Shown in pieces: positions 25,312 through 37,586 of a stretch of DNA of 64,000 bases (its first letter is position 1; each line of letters opens with the position of its first letter). The stretch comes from Adineta vaga. Lineage: Eukaryota > Animalia > Rotifera. The stretch covers positions 15,748,001 through 15,812,000 of the forward strand of contig CP075492.1 in the NCBI GenBank assembly GCA_021613535.1, given 5' to 3'. The position numbers and the translations under genes are program-made. The notes below the pieces were generated by a model, which searched no databases, was not told where the DNA came from, and saw only the letters and a list, made by a program, of their open reading frames with translations.

Positions 25312-25554
25312 ATGCCTTGTTGTTCATCATCATGTCGTGTTAGCTGTGCCAGCTCATGCTGTGATCCATGTTGTGGCTCTGGTTGTGGCTCATGCTGTGG
25401 TTCCGGTTGTGGTTCATGCTGCGTTGATTCATGCTGTAGTCCTTGTGTTAAGAAATGTGTCGTCACTAAGACTGTCTGCTACCGACCCGTCGTCAGAGTT
25501 GTGAAGAAAACATGCGTTGTTCGCAAATGTTGCGTCGATCCTTGCTGCTGCTAA
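25312..25554 (+). CDS. Cys-rich small protein, copy 12 (80 aa; same protein as copy 7)
   Basis: Intact ORF. Confidence 0.93.
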   Translation: MPCCSSSCRVSCASSCCDPCCGSGCGSCCGSGCGSCCVDSCCSPCVKKCVVTKTVCYRPVVRVVKKTCVVRKCCVDPCCC

Positions 25555-26524
25555 AACGAACATATTTTTTTCATTTTGCTGTAAACTGACTGACAGTAGA
25601 ATATAGAATAAACCCGGGCCAAAAATATCAACATTGTTTTGTACAGAAAAATTCACACAGAGCTTTTGTGAAAGAAAATATCTCTTAATCTCACCAGAGG
25701 ATGTGGGTTAGAAACTAATATGTTACCCACACCCACACCCTTCACGTCATGCTCGAACTAAAGCATTTGCAGGTGTTACACATTTGCTCATTTTTCTCAC
25801 AAATAAAACTAATTTCTAGTTAAGAAACACAATTGTCATGACAGGTATTATTAATCATATAATCATTTAATCAGATACAATGTGTAATACTAAAAATCCA
25901 TGTAAATAAAATGATGGATACTTGTGTGCGTCGTGAATGTCAAAACCGACTAGCTGAATAAACAATAGTGATATGTCGAAAAATAGTTTTTTCTATAGAG
26001 AAAAGAATGATAAATTGCACCATAGGACCAGAAGAAAATTATTTATCATCGAATCAAATACTGAAAAGTAACGGTGCGATTACATATAAAGTTAGTCAAT
26101 GTTTTGCTGACTATTACAGTCAAATAAAGTTGGAATTTATTCGACTATGAATGTATTTCTACATGAAAAGATTGACAGTTAAACTTTCTTACCTTTATCG
26201 AGCAAAAAGAGTTAAAAAAAAACTTCAAGATCTTCCAGTCTTTAATGACGACATGATAGAAGCTATTTGAAATGAGTGAAAATATTCGTAGTTTTGTTTT
26301 CAGAAACGACAATCTTAAAAGTGAGGTGTCAAATAGGCACCGACTAAAACACGCCTCTATCGATTATTATTCATCTTCTTAGTATTTTATTGGTTTAATT
26401 TCATGACTAATAATAACGCTGATGATTCATAAATTGATATAACTACATTTTCATATTCAATAAATTAAGAAAAATCGACCAACATTTGATCCTAGAAATA
26501 TTGTCAATCAAACAGACAAATAAA

Positions 26525-27148
26525 ATGTCATTTCTATCTGATTTACAAGCTCACTCTCGATCAAAACTTCGACCTACGACTACTCGTGTGACGAACTCAT
26601 CAGGTCAAACTCATTATGAATCAAAATCAGAAGATGGAAAATTCGAAATTTTCGATAGATCTATTAATTCTAACGGTACATTTATGGTAATTGATACTTC
26701 ACCAGATGAAAAACTTCATCATGTTATTGATGGTGTTTATATTGGTTCACAAGATTCAGCATGTAATATAGCAGGTATAGACGAATGTAAAATTACACAT
26801 ATACTTAACGTAGCTACTGGAATCAGAAATGTGTTTCCTGAACAATATACATATTTAAATATTGAACTGTTAGATGTACCTGAAACGAATATTCGTAAAG
26901 TATTCGTACAAACAAACCAGTTTATACAGCAAGCCGTGGCCGATAAAGGATGTGTACTAATTCATTGCAACGCTGGTATTTCGCGTAGTGCTACTATTGT
27001 ATTAGCTTATCTACTTGGAATACATCGTATGAAGTATGAAGATGCATATAGATTGTTAAAAACAGCACGTTCGAATATTCGACCAAATGATGGTTTTGTA
27101 CAACAACTCAAAGAATATGCAGCAGAAATAACTCAAGCAAACAGCTAA
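26525..27148 (+). CDS. DUSP19: Atypical dual-specificity phosphatase, DUSP19-like
   Basis: Catalytic HCNAGISRS motif, IRPNDGF, YIGSQD, and an N-terminal SRSKLRPTTTRVT segment similar to the DUSP19 N-terminus. Confidence 0.85.
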   Translation: MSFLSDLQAHSRSKLRPTTTRVTNSSGQTHYESKSEDGKFEIFDRSINSNGTFMVIDTSPDEKLHHVIDGVYIGSQDSACNIAGIDECKITHILNVATGIRNVFPEQYTYLNIELLDVPETNIRKVFVQTNQFIQQAVADKGCVLIHCNAGISRSATIVLAYLLGIHRMKYEDAYRLLKTARSNIRPNDGFVQQLKEYAAEITQANS

Positions 27149-28746
27149 AGAAGATATATTTTCCAAAATAATTAATCTTTAAATATTATTTTTGCAGACG
27201 CATCTTTTAATCATATGTTATGAATGAAAAATTTCTTTGTTTTCTTTCATTCATATTTCATCTTAATGATTTCGCTACAATCAAACTATATTATGGAAAC
27301 AATTATAAAAAGATTACAATGATAATAACGTTCGAAAATTGGAAGCGAGAGAATGTGGTATAAAGTAAAAGTGTCAGTGAAACTTAGTTATGCAAAACTA
27401 TAACCTTATTCTCATAATACTCAAATATTCTGTTATCATGTTATATTAATAACAATTCATTGACAAAACTTTAAAGATGCTTTTGTAAAATCTACATCAT
27501 ACATGAAATAAAAATATAGTTGAATTCTTGTTTTTCTTATCTTAAACGGATCATGATAATCAGATATTCTTCACTCAAAGCAATTTTTGTAGTAATCAAA
27601 AGTTGTATCAGAATAGACATGAGATTCTATTTCAGCTGTGTAAACAAATATATTAGAGGTTTTCTAGTAACTGTTCACGCCCATATATATCTCAATACGT
27701 AAAAGAAAGAAGACGAATGTGCTTGAATATACCAGAATAATAGAATGCATACACATTCAAGTACCATAGGAGAATGAGATTATATATTGATTATACGAAT
27801 ATCGAAGTAAGTCAGACGTTATTTTATACAATGATGTTCACATACGCATTGCAAGGAAGAGAAGAAAAAAGAGTAAATCAGAAATGGTAGTGTCAGGAGT
27901 TGATGCAGAACAAGAAAAAAAGGAAGAAAATTCGAACGGATCACCAAAATAACGTTAGGTATACACCATTATAGTAAGTATACTATGATGCATAGTCAAC
28001 TATTCCAAATCGTTGATGGATGTCTTCTTTCGCTCGAAAAAATTTCCAAAAATAAGTATTCAGCAAAGGAAAATAAATATGATAATCTTTTGACCTGACA
28101 ATGTTTGTATAAGTGATTAACCGTTTGACATTCACACAATCAGGTTGCGTTACATCGTTTGTAAAATTTTCAAATATTCATAATGAACTTTTAATTCAGT
28201 TAGACATGGTATATTTGATTTATTCTCATTCAAAAATTGTTCAAGATAAATGCATATATATTGGCTTCAAACAGACAGAAAAAAAATCAGTCGAATTAAA
28301 ACTGAATTGATGAAAAACTCGTCGAGAATACACGATTTAAGTCAAAATAGACCATTCAACTTTAAGTCAATTCTTTTCACAAAAGAGGTATTATAAAAAG
28401 CTACATGAGTAGATCTTGATGAGTGAAGAAACAGCAGTTAGCATCTTTTCATCTTATGGATAAATTTTTAAAATTAATTCACGTCATTTCATCCATAGGT
28501 CATTGTTTAACAGCGAAAGAGGATAGTTAATATCAATATACTCCTTTTCAAGAAACAGAATTTAGTTGAAATGTAATGACAATACCACACGAATAATACG
28601 CACATCTCTGGATCATAGCTATATTCTTCTTTGTATATATTTTGGTAATCAATGACAAACAGCAATTATAATAACGTATTACAATATTAAAAATGAGATG
28701 TCAGATTATCTGACAAAAACAAAAAATATAAAACTAATCATGTATT

Positions 28747-29801
28747 TCAAGGTGCAGCTTGAACTATTAGAGGAATTCGAATAAAACGTTGGAATCGTCG
28801 ATATAATTGACCGTTTTGACCAAATATAAAACCAATGACTTTGCCGATAATTTGACCGAATTCATTGCGAAATCCATCTCCAGAAAAAATAAATCTAAAC
28901 AAACAGAATCTCATTTTAATGATCAAGAAAAAAACAGCTATCATTATACTAACACATAAAAACTTGTACTACTATTGATATAGCCAAATACTCGCATCAA
29001 TTGTGCAGTTAAACTTTCAACGGCTAGATCGTATGAAGTTTTTTCTGCATTTTCCATAAATGTTACATAAAGTTTTTGAAGAGCAGCTGGTAATGTAAAT
29101 ATAATTGTTAAAATAAATTGAACTAATAACATTTTTACTAATTGTCGATCTTTTCTTCTAAATCGATCAATATTAACATGTACATGTATTTGTTGAATAT
29201 TATGAATAGTTGCTAATCCAACAATAATCATAATTAGAGGTGGTAGAAAACTATATGTAGTTGCGTAAAGAAAATCATAAAATATCCGATAAATTCCTGT
29301 TCGTGCATAACAAGTTGGTTTTGTTTTCGATTGTTCAATAGTAAATAGAAATAATGCATGAGAATACATCAGTAAACATATCAAAGTAGTTATAGAAGTA
29401 CAATATCGGGCATATTTTATATTACTTAAATGACGATAACGAGCATTTCGAGAACTAATACAAAAACGATCGATACCAGCAAATATAATCAAGAATAATG
29501 AGAGTACCATGGATGAATGCATGAGAAAATAACGAAATCGACAAAATGGTAAATTATAAGCAAGAAGATCAATTTGAAAGCCATCAGCAAGATTACGTAC
29601 GATTAAACCAAAGAAAAGAACATTGAGATTTGCAATTGATGAATAAAAGAAATAAATTGAACATGGATTTCTAATAAATGAAGGACGTGTAAAAATAATC
29701 ATATTTAAAATATTTCCAGTCACACCAAGAATAAATACAGGAATTGGCGTATATCGATTAAATTCAATAGCAATATTATTGATTACACTGGCACTAGACA
29801 T
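28747..29801 (-). CDS. Rhodopsin-like orphan GPCR, 2 exons (intron about 28895-28953)
   Basis: TM1 GN, NPCSIY, DRF and DRQLVKML motifs; a GTTAGT...TTTAG intron restores SFYVFIFSGDGFR. Confidence 0.88.
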
Positions 29802-31276
29802 TGTTCAATCGATTGTTCCGAATATTTATAAATCTAAAGATTAATTAAAAATCTGTCTTCTCTAATAAAACTAAAACAATTTTGTATCTCAAATATTTTA
29901 CTAAATCTTATTAGAAACACCATTTCTTACCTGAAATAACCTGTTCGTGACGATGAAAATAATTGATAAATGTTCCTCAACATTGAAGTCCGCGGTAATC
30001 TCTGATCTCTAATCAATTTCAGTATTTATTGTCTGTTTCTTATGTTTTCCTGTTTTTACACCTTTGTCAACAACAGAATTTCATTCAATGTTTATTTCAA
30101 CTTCTCTATCACTTCTATATATAAATAGAAGGAATTAGAGCTCTCTTTTTGTCATCATCGAACAGTACAACATGGATTTGGTCACATTGTTGTTGAAAGA
30201 ATAAGATTTGTTTGAAAATTTTTGTTTCATACAGATAAACTTCTTCACATATACAAATGCTCAACAGAAGTTTTCATTGATGGGAAACTGTGCACATATG
30301 CTGCTATCTCTCGTTCTAGTAAAAATAATAATCAGAAATACAAACAAACGAATAATTCTTTTTAATTAGAACAAATTTTAGCTGACATTTATATAGAACA
30401 AAGAAAATATTTCTGTTGTATTCGACTTTATACATTTTGAAATCTATTTTTTATATTAATGAAATTTTACTAAAGTGCATATCTATTTTTATCACAATAT
30501 CATCATGTAGTTATAATTCATCCATTGACATCACTGTTCATGTCACTTGCAAATGAGAATCCTTTCTAATCTTTTTTCTTTTTGTGATTCATAATAGACA
30601 AGAGAACACATGACTATTTTTCTATATGTCCTCCAGTGATCGCGATCTCGATTTTCCTCCTAGAATATATACTTACCATCGTCATCTGACAAATTATTTT
30701 GTAACCTCACGAAGTTTAACCAAATCAATTTGACGGCAAATGTATAGTCTTTTAGTATATTAGAAAAAAGTCACCACCATCTCAACCTTTTTCCTTCGGT
30801 GTTTTTAGTATGATTATTAAAAGCATTTTTATAAGTTAAAAAGAGAGATTTTCTATGAGCGACAAAGGCAGATAAAAGGTGGGTGTAGGGTGTTGTTATG
30901 TCTTCACACACACACACACTTTCTTCTACTGTTAATCAAATCAACTATAGTCAACAATCAAATATAGAAAAGCATCAAAATTTAGTTATATTTTATACGA
31001 TTAGATGTTTGAAATTCGTGGTTACTTATTCCATCAATATTAACAAAAGACTCTTAGTCGTTTTCCAACTATATTTCAATGACGTATCTAAATATTACAT
31101 TTATACTCATTGTATACTAATGTCTACTCGATAATGACTCATTGTTCTAAACTTAGTAACATACTGTATATTTTTCGCCACGCTTACCTATTCATTTTGG
31201 AGGAGAAAAAACGATATTATGTGTATTTTTACAAGGTTATTGATCACATATTTATATTAATCAAGTACTTTTTTTA

Positions 31277-32292
31277 ATGGCAAAACATTATCATGTGTAT
31301 GCAGTGGGTACTGCATTTGTTGATATAGAAATGGATGTGATCGATGATGATCTTAAAAAAATTGCGATCAGTAAAGGTCTAATGACATATGTAAATGAAG
31401 AACGACAAGAACAATTGCTTTATTGTCTTCGTCATCATTTAGTTCATTCGAACCGAACTAGTAGTGGTTCTACAACCAATACAATTATTGCCATTGCTCA
31501 ATTTGGTGGTCAAACATTTTATTCATGTCAAGTTGGAAATGATGATAATGGTCGATTTTATTTGAAAGATCTTCAAACAGCAGACGTTAATTATCATATT
31601 GAAAATCACAAAGATGAAGGTATTACAGGAACATATTTGGTTATGGTAACACCCGATGCTGAACGTACTCATTGTAGATTTCTTGGTGTTAATGAAATAC
31701 AATCGGAATATGATATTGTACCAGAAGTTATCGCTGCGTCAGATTACGTTTATTTCGAAGCATATATGATCACATCTTTATCTACTTTTGCCGCTGTTAT
31801 TCGTCTATGTGAAATAGCTGAACTTAATAATGTCAAAATAGCAATGAATTTTTCTGATTCAGATATCATCATGACTTTTCACGATCGTTTGTTTGAAATA
31901 TTAAAGAAACCAATTGATTTATTATTTTGTAATCGAAATGAAGCAATTAGTTGGTGTCAAACAGATCGAATTAAAATTGTTATTAATAAATTGAAACGAA
32001 TCGCTCGTACATTTGTAATTACTCGTGGTGCTGAAGGTGCATTAGTCTATGATGGCACTCAACGTACAATATTGCGCCTCACAAAATAGATGTCATTGAT
32101 AATAGAGGAGCAGGTGATATGTTTGCTGGAGCATTTCTGTTTGGTATTACACATGGACAAGATTATCTTACTGCGGGAAATTTAGCAAGTCTTGCAGCTG
32201 CAACAGTTGTTTCAAATTATGGATCACGTTTATCTGCCGAGAAACAAAAACAACTATTAGTACAAAGCAATCATCTTCAACAAAAAACATGA
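31277..32292 (+). CDS. PfkB/adenosine-kinase-family carbohydrate kinase, bacterial type, with a 1-nt frameshift near 32065
   Basis: VGNDDNGRFY, VTPDAERT, LLFCN, ITRGAEGA; the PfkB signature GAGDMFAGAFL continues in another frame to TGA at 32290-32292. Intronless. Confidence 0.85.
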
Positions 32293-32355
32293 TCACATAC
32301 AGAATAGAATGTGATAAGTTCTTTCCAAAAAAAATAAATTCTGATAGTCTATCTC

Positions 32356-32959
32356 TTAAAAGTGTGATGGAGTCTGCGAGTGACGGTAGATAGTCGATTT
32401 CATACGATAGTTAAGATTAAGTTGAATATATCCTTGATCGTATGTAGGAGGTTTTCGTGAAACACCAAGACCATATCCAAAATCTGCGGGTTTCGACAAT
32501 GTCCAATAGCTTCGACAATCTATTGAACGAATTCTAGTTAAAATAATAGACTTTTTCTTCAGTTCGTAAATAAGACGATGTGGTTCATATTGACAGCTGA
32601 ATCCACCCTTAAATTGGATGAGTGGAATGTTCTTGCTTCGAAAAAATTTCACCTATAAAAAAAACAAGATAAATGATTGATGTATTTTCTTAACGAAACT
32701 TACCACTTCTTTTGTCATTGCATAATCATCGACATCATTCAAATGAATTAAAATAGGTCCACTTCGTAAGTTTGCTGGATCCCATGATAGCATTTTTACA
32801 ATATATATACACGATAAAACTGATTACCCTAATGCCACCTGTACGTTTGAGAATAAGATTGTTTTGTCGTCGTTCGTAACTACTTTTGATTTTTGATCGA
32901 TTAAAAACACATGTTTCTCTCGAAAAGAATATTTTGATTTGTTTGACTATAGCCTTCAT
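32356..32959 (-). pseudogene. Unknown two-exon gene, probably disrupted
   Basis: Short GT-AG intron near 32653-32702; the last exon is a 98-aa open frame, and the upstream part has frameshifts or stops. Confidence 0.3.
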
Positions 32960-33311
32960 TTTTTACTCCTGTTTCAAATGCAGTATAGAGAAGAACGTAG
33001 AAGAAAAAAGGAACATACAAGTTTCTTTGACAACGAAAGAACTTTGTATATTCTTACTGATGACTCATAACATCCATAGAACGCAATGCATTTGATGTGA
33101 AACAAGATCAATTTATTTCAATAAATAGTCTATGACATATTAGTATTGATAGTTCGGTACTGTTTGTTTCGTCTAGCTGAATCTTCGATATGATAACGAA
33201 GCATTCTTCCCATTTTAGTATTACCATAAAGATTTAGATCAATAAGTGTCTACAATAAAATATAAATAAGCCGCGTATGACATGTACGAAAAGAGAACGA
33301 TAGTTACTGTC

Positions 33312-35100
33312 TTATCGTTGGGCATTATCCAGAAGTAGTCCTCCAACATTTCCAATTTGGTTATTTCCAAGATCTAGTTCTTTAAGTGTCTATGTATGAA
33401 AAAATGTAGATAACTATGGTATATGAAGCAGATGAAAGAAAAATAGTCATACCGTATTATTCTGTATGGTGTTAGATATAGATTGAATTCCTTGATCACT
33501 AATACCGTTGTACTGGAGATTTATCGTTGTAAGTGTCTGTGTAAAGAAGAATACATAAATATAGTACATAAAATAGAGGAAGAAAACATAACAGCTACCG
33601 TATTGTTTTGTAAGGCATTAGCTAGGAGTTCCATTCCTTCGTCTTTAATTTGAGCGCCATCAAGATTTAATGTAATCAGTGCCTGTGAGAAGAAAAGGAA
33701 ACGAATGATGTATGAATAAGATTTTTTGAAAAATGACAGATACCCTATTATTTTTTAAAACATCAGCTAGATATTTTGCTCCAATAGGTCCCATTTTGTT
33801 ACCTGCGAGATTTAGTTTAGTGCATACCTGTAGAAATAAGTCAAATGAATAGTATATAAAATAAATAAAGCGATAATACTAGTTACAGTGTTATTTTGTA
33901 ATGCACTAGCCAGACTTTGTATTCCTCGCTCTCTAATGCGATTCCAACTGAGATTCAGTGTGATAAGTGTCTATGCAATGAAGTGCATAATATTGATATA
34001 CAGTATGAATAGAAAATATTGTGTACCACGTTATGTTGTAAGACATCGGCTAAATATTGTGCTCCTTCATCTCCGATACGATTAGCTCCAAGATTTAGTG
34101 TAGTGAGTGTCTGTACAAAGGAATGTCGATATTTGAAATAAGATATTAAAAAGAATAATACTCACATTATTATTTCGTAATGCATTAGCTAAATGTCGTG
34201 CTCCTTCGTCTTCGACCATAGTGCCATTAGAATTCAAAGCAGTCAAAGCCTATGAAAAGAAAAGTAGACAAATATGATATACAGAAACCGTAGTACAAAG
34301 AATAACAATTACCGTATTTTCATTTTGTAGAAAACCAGCTAGATATTCAGCTCCAACGGGTCCAATTCTAGTGCCCATAAAAGTTATTGTTCTGAGTGTC
34401 TATATAATAGAATAAGTACAGAAACACGCTATTCTTATCATTGAAATTTTTAACAAAGTTTGGCACGATATTAAATATTGTTAAGTAAGTGTATATAAGA
34501 ATATCAGAGTATTTCAATATCTATGTCCTTATCCTGAAGAGGAATAAGGATCTTACTGTATTATTTTGTAGTGCATTTGTTATATATTTAATTCCTTCTG
34601 CTTCAATACCAGTATTTGAAAGATTCATGTTGATGATCGTCTATGAGAAGATATGTACGATAATGATATTCAAAAGAGATGAAGAGAAAACAAGATTTAC
34701 CGTGATAGTTCGTAAAGTATCAGCCAGTTGCCGTGCTTTGGCATTACCTATCCTTTTCCTTGAAAAATCTAGTATCGTGAATGTCTATGTAAAAGAGTAC
34801 AAATGAATGATATATGGGATAGATTAAGAAGATATGTTAATTCTTCTACCAGTTTAATATCCATCAAACAGATACTATGAAAAAACGGAGTCGATTTGGA
34901 TGCTTTTTATCTTGTTAAAACGTTGTTTTAAATGAAGATAGATTTACCTGATGTTGTAGATAACTATTCAAGATTAGATTCAATTGATGGCAGATATTAC
35001 GCATCGAGAATATAATAGTGAAGGTATCTTGATGATCAAGAATACAATAAACAAGTTCTACTGGTAACGTATGTAAATTTGCTTTCGGTCTGTTCGACAT
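33312..35100 (-). CDS. F-box-like N-terminus + about 10 RNI/NLRC3-type LRRs, one LRR per ~84-nt exon
   Basis: LHTLPVELVYCILD, then exons such as TLTTLNLGANRIGDEGAQYLADVLQHNV and ALITLNLDGAQIKDEGMELLANALQNNT, separated mostly by short introns. Confidence 0.85.
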
Positions 35101-35738
35101 CGATAAGCGAGGTTATATGGTGTGAATTGTAGCGTCCTATCTGTTTAATAGAATAACATGAGTAGTCTTTTCTTTTCTTTCATTTTATACTAGTCGATCA
35201 TAGAACGTGCCATCAATACATCATAGGATAAAGCATCATGTTGATAGTATCTATATGCATCTATGATTCAGCTTAACTATATTTTTTCTTTCGTTCTGTC
35301 ATGATATTTTTGTTGGTTTCTTTCCTATTACTATCTTCTTTGTTTTAATGTAAAGACACATGACTTTTTCCATATATTTTATCTTTATGTAATTATTCCT
35401 TATGTTTGTAAAAAATACTTGTAAGAATGTATTAGATTTTAGAAGAATGTGTATTTGTTATGTAACACACGTTAATATTTTATTTCTTTTTCTTTCTGAA
35501 CAACAGATTTGTTAAGATGTAACAGTGATCAATCTGACTTTTTCTTATATTATTTATTTGTGCTATATGATCAAAATGTGAAGAAATCGGCTTCTGTTCT
35601 TTTTTATTCTTTTAACATTGTTGAGTGATGACGTGTAATTTTTTGACGAACAGAACAGTTGAAACGCTCTATACAGTTGTCGTCATTCGCTTAAAAAAAA
35701 TAAATAAATCAGTTCCCTTTTTTTTATTCGCATTCATC

Positions 35739-36878
35739 ATGCCAAAAGTTAACAGTGAACAAAATATCGATAACGATGATCTTATTTGTCCGATTACCAT
35801 GGAATTGTTTCGTGATCCAGTAATTGCAAATGATGGACGTGTTTATGAACGAGCAGCAATCACACAATGGATTACTGAACATGGTACTAGCCCGTTCACA
35901 AGGGAACCATTACAAGTGAATGAATTGCAACCAGATGACTATTTGAGACAATTGGCGGCGCGTCGTCGAAATTCAGTAGTTTCATACAATGCACAGCATA
36001 GCACGGTTATTTTGCCGCCACTTCGAACTGGTCCACGAAATACTAGACGTATACATCCTGAAGAGACTACCAATGCACCATCAACGGAACCTCTAAATGG
36101 CAAGCATCGTAATTTTCGTATTTGTTTAACTTGCAGCTGTGGATTGATCATTTTGGGAGCTATTATTGCAGGGTTTACTTTAGTGTTTCGATCATCGTCC
36201 TCAAGTATAAATGGAAATGGATCTTCGTATTCAGGTATGTATTTCTAGTAGATGCAGACAGCTGTTGAAAGAAAACTTATAGGGTGAATACTTCAGATAA
36301 AAAGGAATAATCACGAATCTCTTTTTTCTTCTTCTCAATCATAAGCATCAGGGATACTGTATAATGAAGTAATATATACTGAAGACAGTTCAAGATCAGA
36401 GAGACTGATATGTGAACGACGTGGATAAAGTATTGAGGAGATCTGTTTTGTTTTTCTTTTACATATTTAACTAGCATCAATTTCATCCAACATAGTCTTC
36501 AACGTAACAACAAGTTTTTCAGATGCGTTAACAACAATGAGTTCAACATATACGCGACCGACAGGTTGGTCGGCGCCATATTATCTTTATTATTATACTG
36601 TGCACAAAATATTTGTCAACACCACTGGTTATTATGAAATCAGAAGTAGCAGCATTATAGATTTATATGGCTATTTATATCGAGAATCATTCAACGCAAC
36701 TCAACCAACGGTAAATTTACTTATGCAAAATGATGACAGTGGCGGTTCACAACAGTTCCGTATACGAAGTGATCTTTCCTCCTCTGTATATGATTTAGTG
36801 GTCACTACCTACTCAGCCAGGGTGACAGGATCATTTCGTGTCTCAGTAGGTGGTCCTGCAGCAGTAACTATTCAGTAA
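35739..36878 (+). CDS. U-box domain + single TM + C-terminal PPC-like beta domain; 2 exons (intron 36235-36474)
   Basis: LICPITMELFRDPV..DGRVYERAAITQWI..SPFTREPL (U-box), TM GLIILGAIIAGFTLVF, and an in-frame splice to the DLYGYLY...NDDSGG...LVVTTYS domain. Confidence 0.82.
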
Positions 36879-37166
36879 AAATTGTCTATGCTTTTCGTTT
36901 ATTTTTGTTCAAAAAGCTTCCTCTACATTGACTAGGCATCTGGAGGACGTAGGGTGATAGTTGCAATGAATATACAATTAAATTGCAACATAGTCAAAAA
37001 CAGTTCTAATATCATTAAGAATCTTTCAATTTTCTATTCCAATCAACTTTCATTGTCTTCATAATTGTGATCAGTCCAATAGGTAAGTTTTGCCGATCAA
37101 GAAAATGTTTACCATAATAACAGATGAACCATTTCATAACACTATCATTGTATATTCGAAATTTGC

Positions 37167-37310
37167 ATCTTGAGGGTGTGGGTGTCTCTTATTCATTGAT
37201 ACAGACATTGACACCCTCCCGACAAGGCTGGGTGTATCTTGAGGGTGTGGGTGAGTGTGTGAAGTTGTGGGTTTGATTATTACTCTTTCTCTTCCACCCA
37301 CACCCACCCT
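37167..37310. repeat. Short inverted-repeat element with GAGGGTGTGGGTG / CACCCACACCC arms
   Basis: Two direct ATCTTGAGGGTGTGGGTG copies and an inverted CCACCCACACCCACCC; related motifs near 12880, 15547, 25697 and 30878. Confidence 0.55.
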
Positions 37311-37586
37311 ATTTAATATGAAATATTTTTTTCAATACAATAATTTAGAAAGAGTAGATTTATATTTCAATACAATTAATTTATTGTCTCCAAATAATTT
37401 CATTGGTTAACTATGCTGTAACAAACCGTTAAGATATTTATATATATATACTCGAACGACGAATTCATCGTTAGATCGATCATTATTTTACTTCGACTAT
37501 ATTCGTAATTCGTTATATATGTAAGACATGAATGTTTTCCTTTCTTTTCTTATCGTTCTTTGTATTTTAGTTTTCTTTCTTTCACC

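Larger units (their letters stand above)
420..25625 (+). repeat. Tandem head-to-tail array of 12 Cys-rich small-protein gene units (promoter + CDS + 3'UTR homology) with variable spacers
   Basis: 12 near-identical CDSs starting caatATGCCTTGTTGTTCATCATC and ending TG(C/T)TGCTAA, with shared upstream motifs and a shared 3'UTR. The outer boundaries are approximate. Confidence 0.97.

Noticed and set aside
828-25466. Repeated antisense ORFs (MTTxFLTQG...PQHEPQPE) and alternative-frame Val/His/Ala-rich ORFs over each array copy
   Set aside because: These are shadows of TGT/TGC-rich codons. They have non-ATG or inconsistent starts, and the substitutions are synonymous in the Cys frame.
895-25554. 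CRISPR-like or integron-like reading of the repeat-plus-unique-spacer layout
   Set aside because: The repeats are protein-coding genes with Pol II signals, the spacers are kb-sized and irregular, and no Cas or integrase is present.
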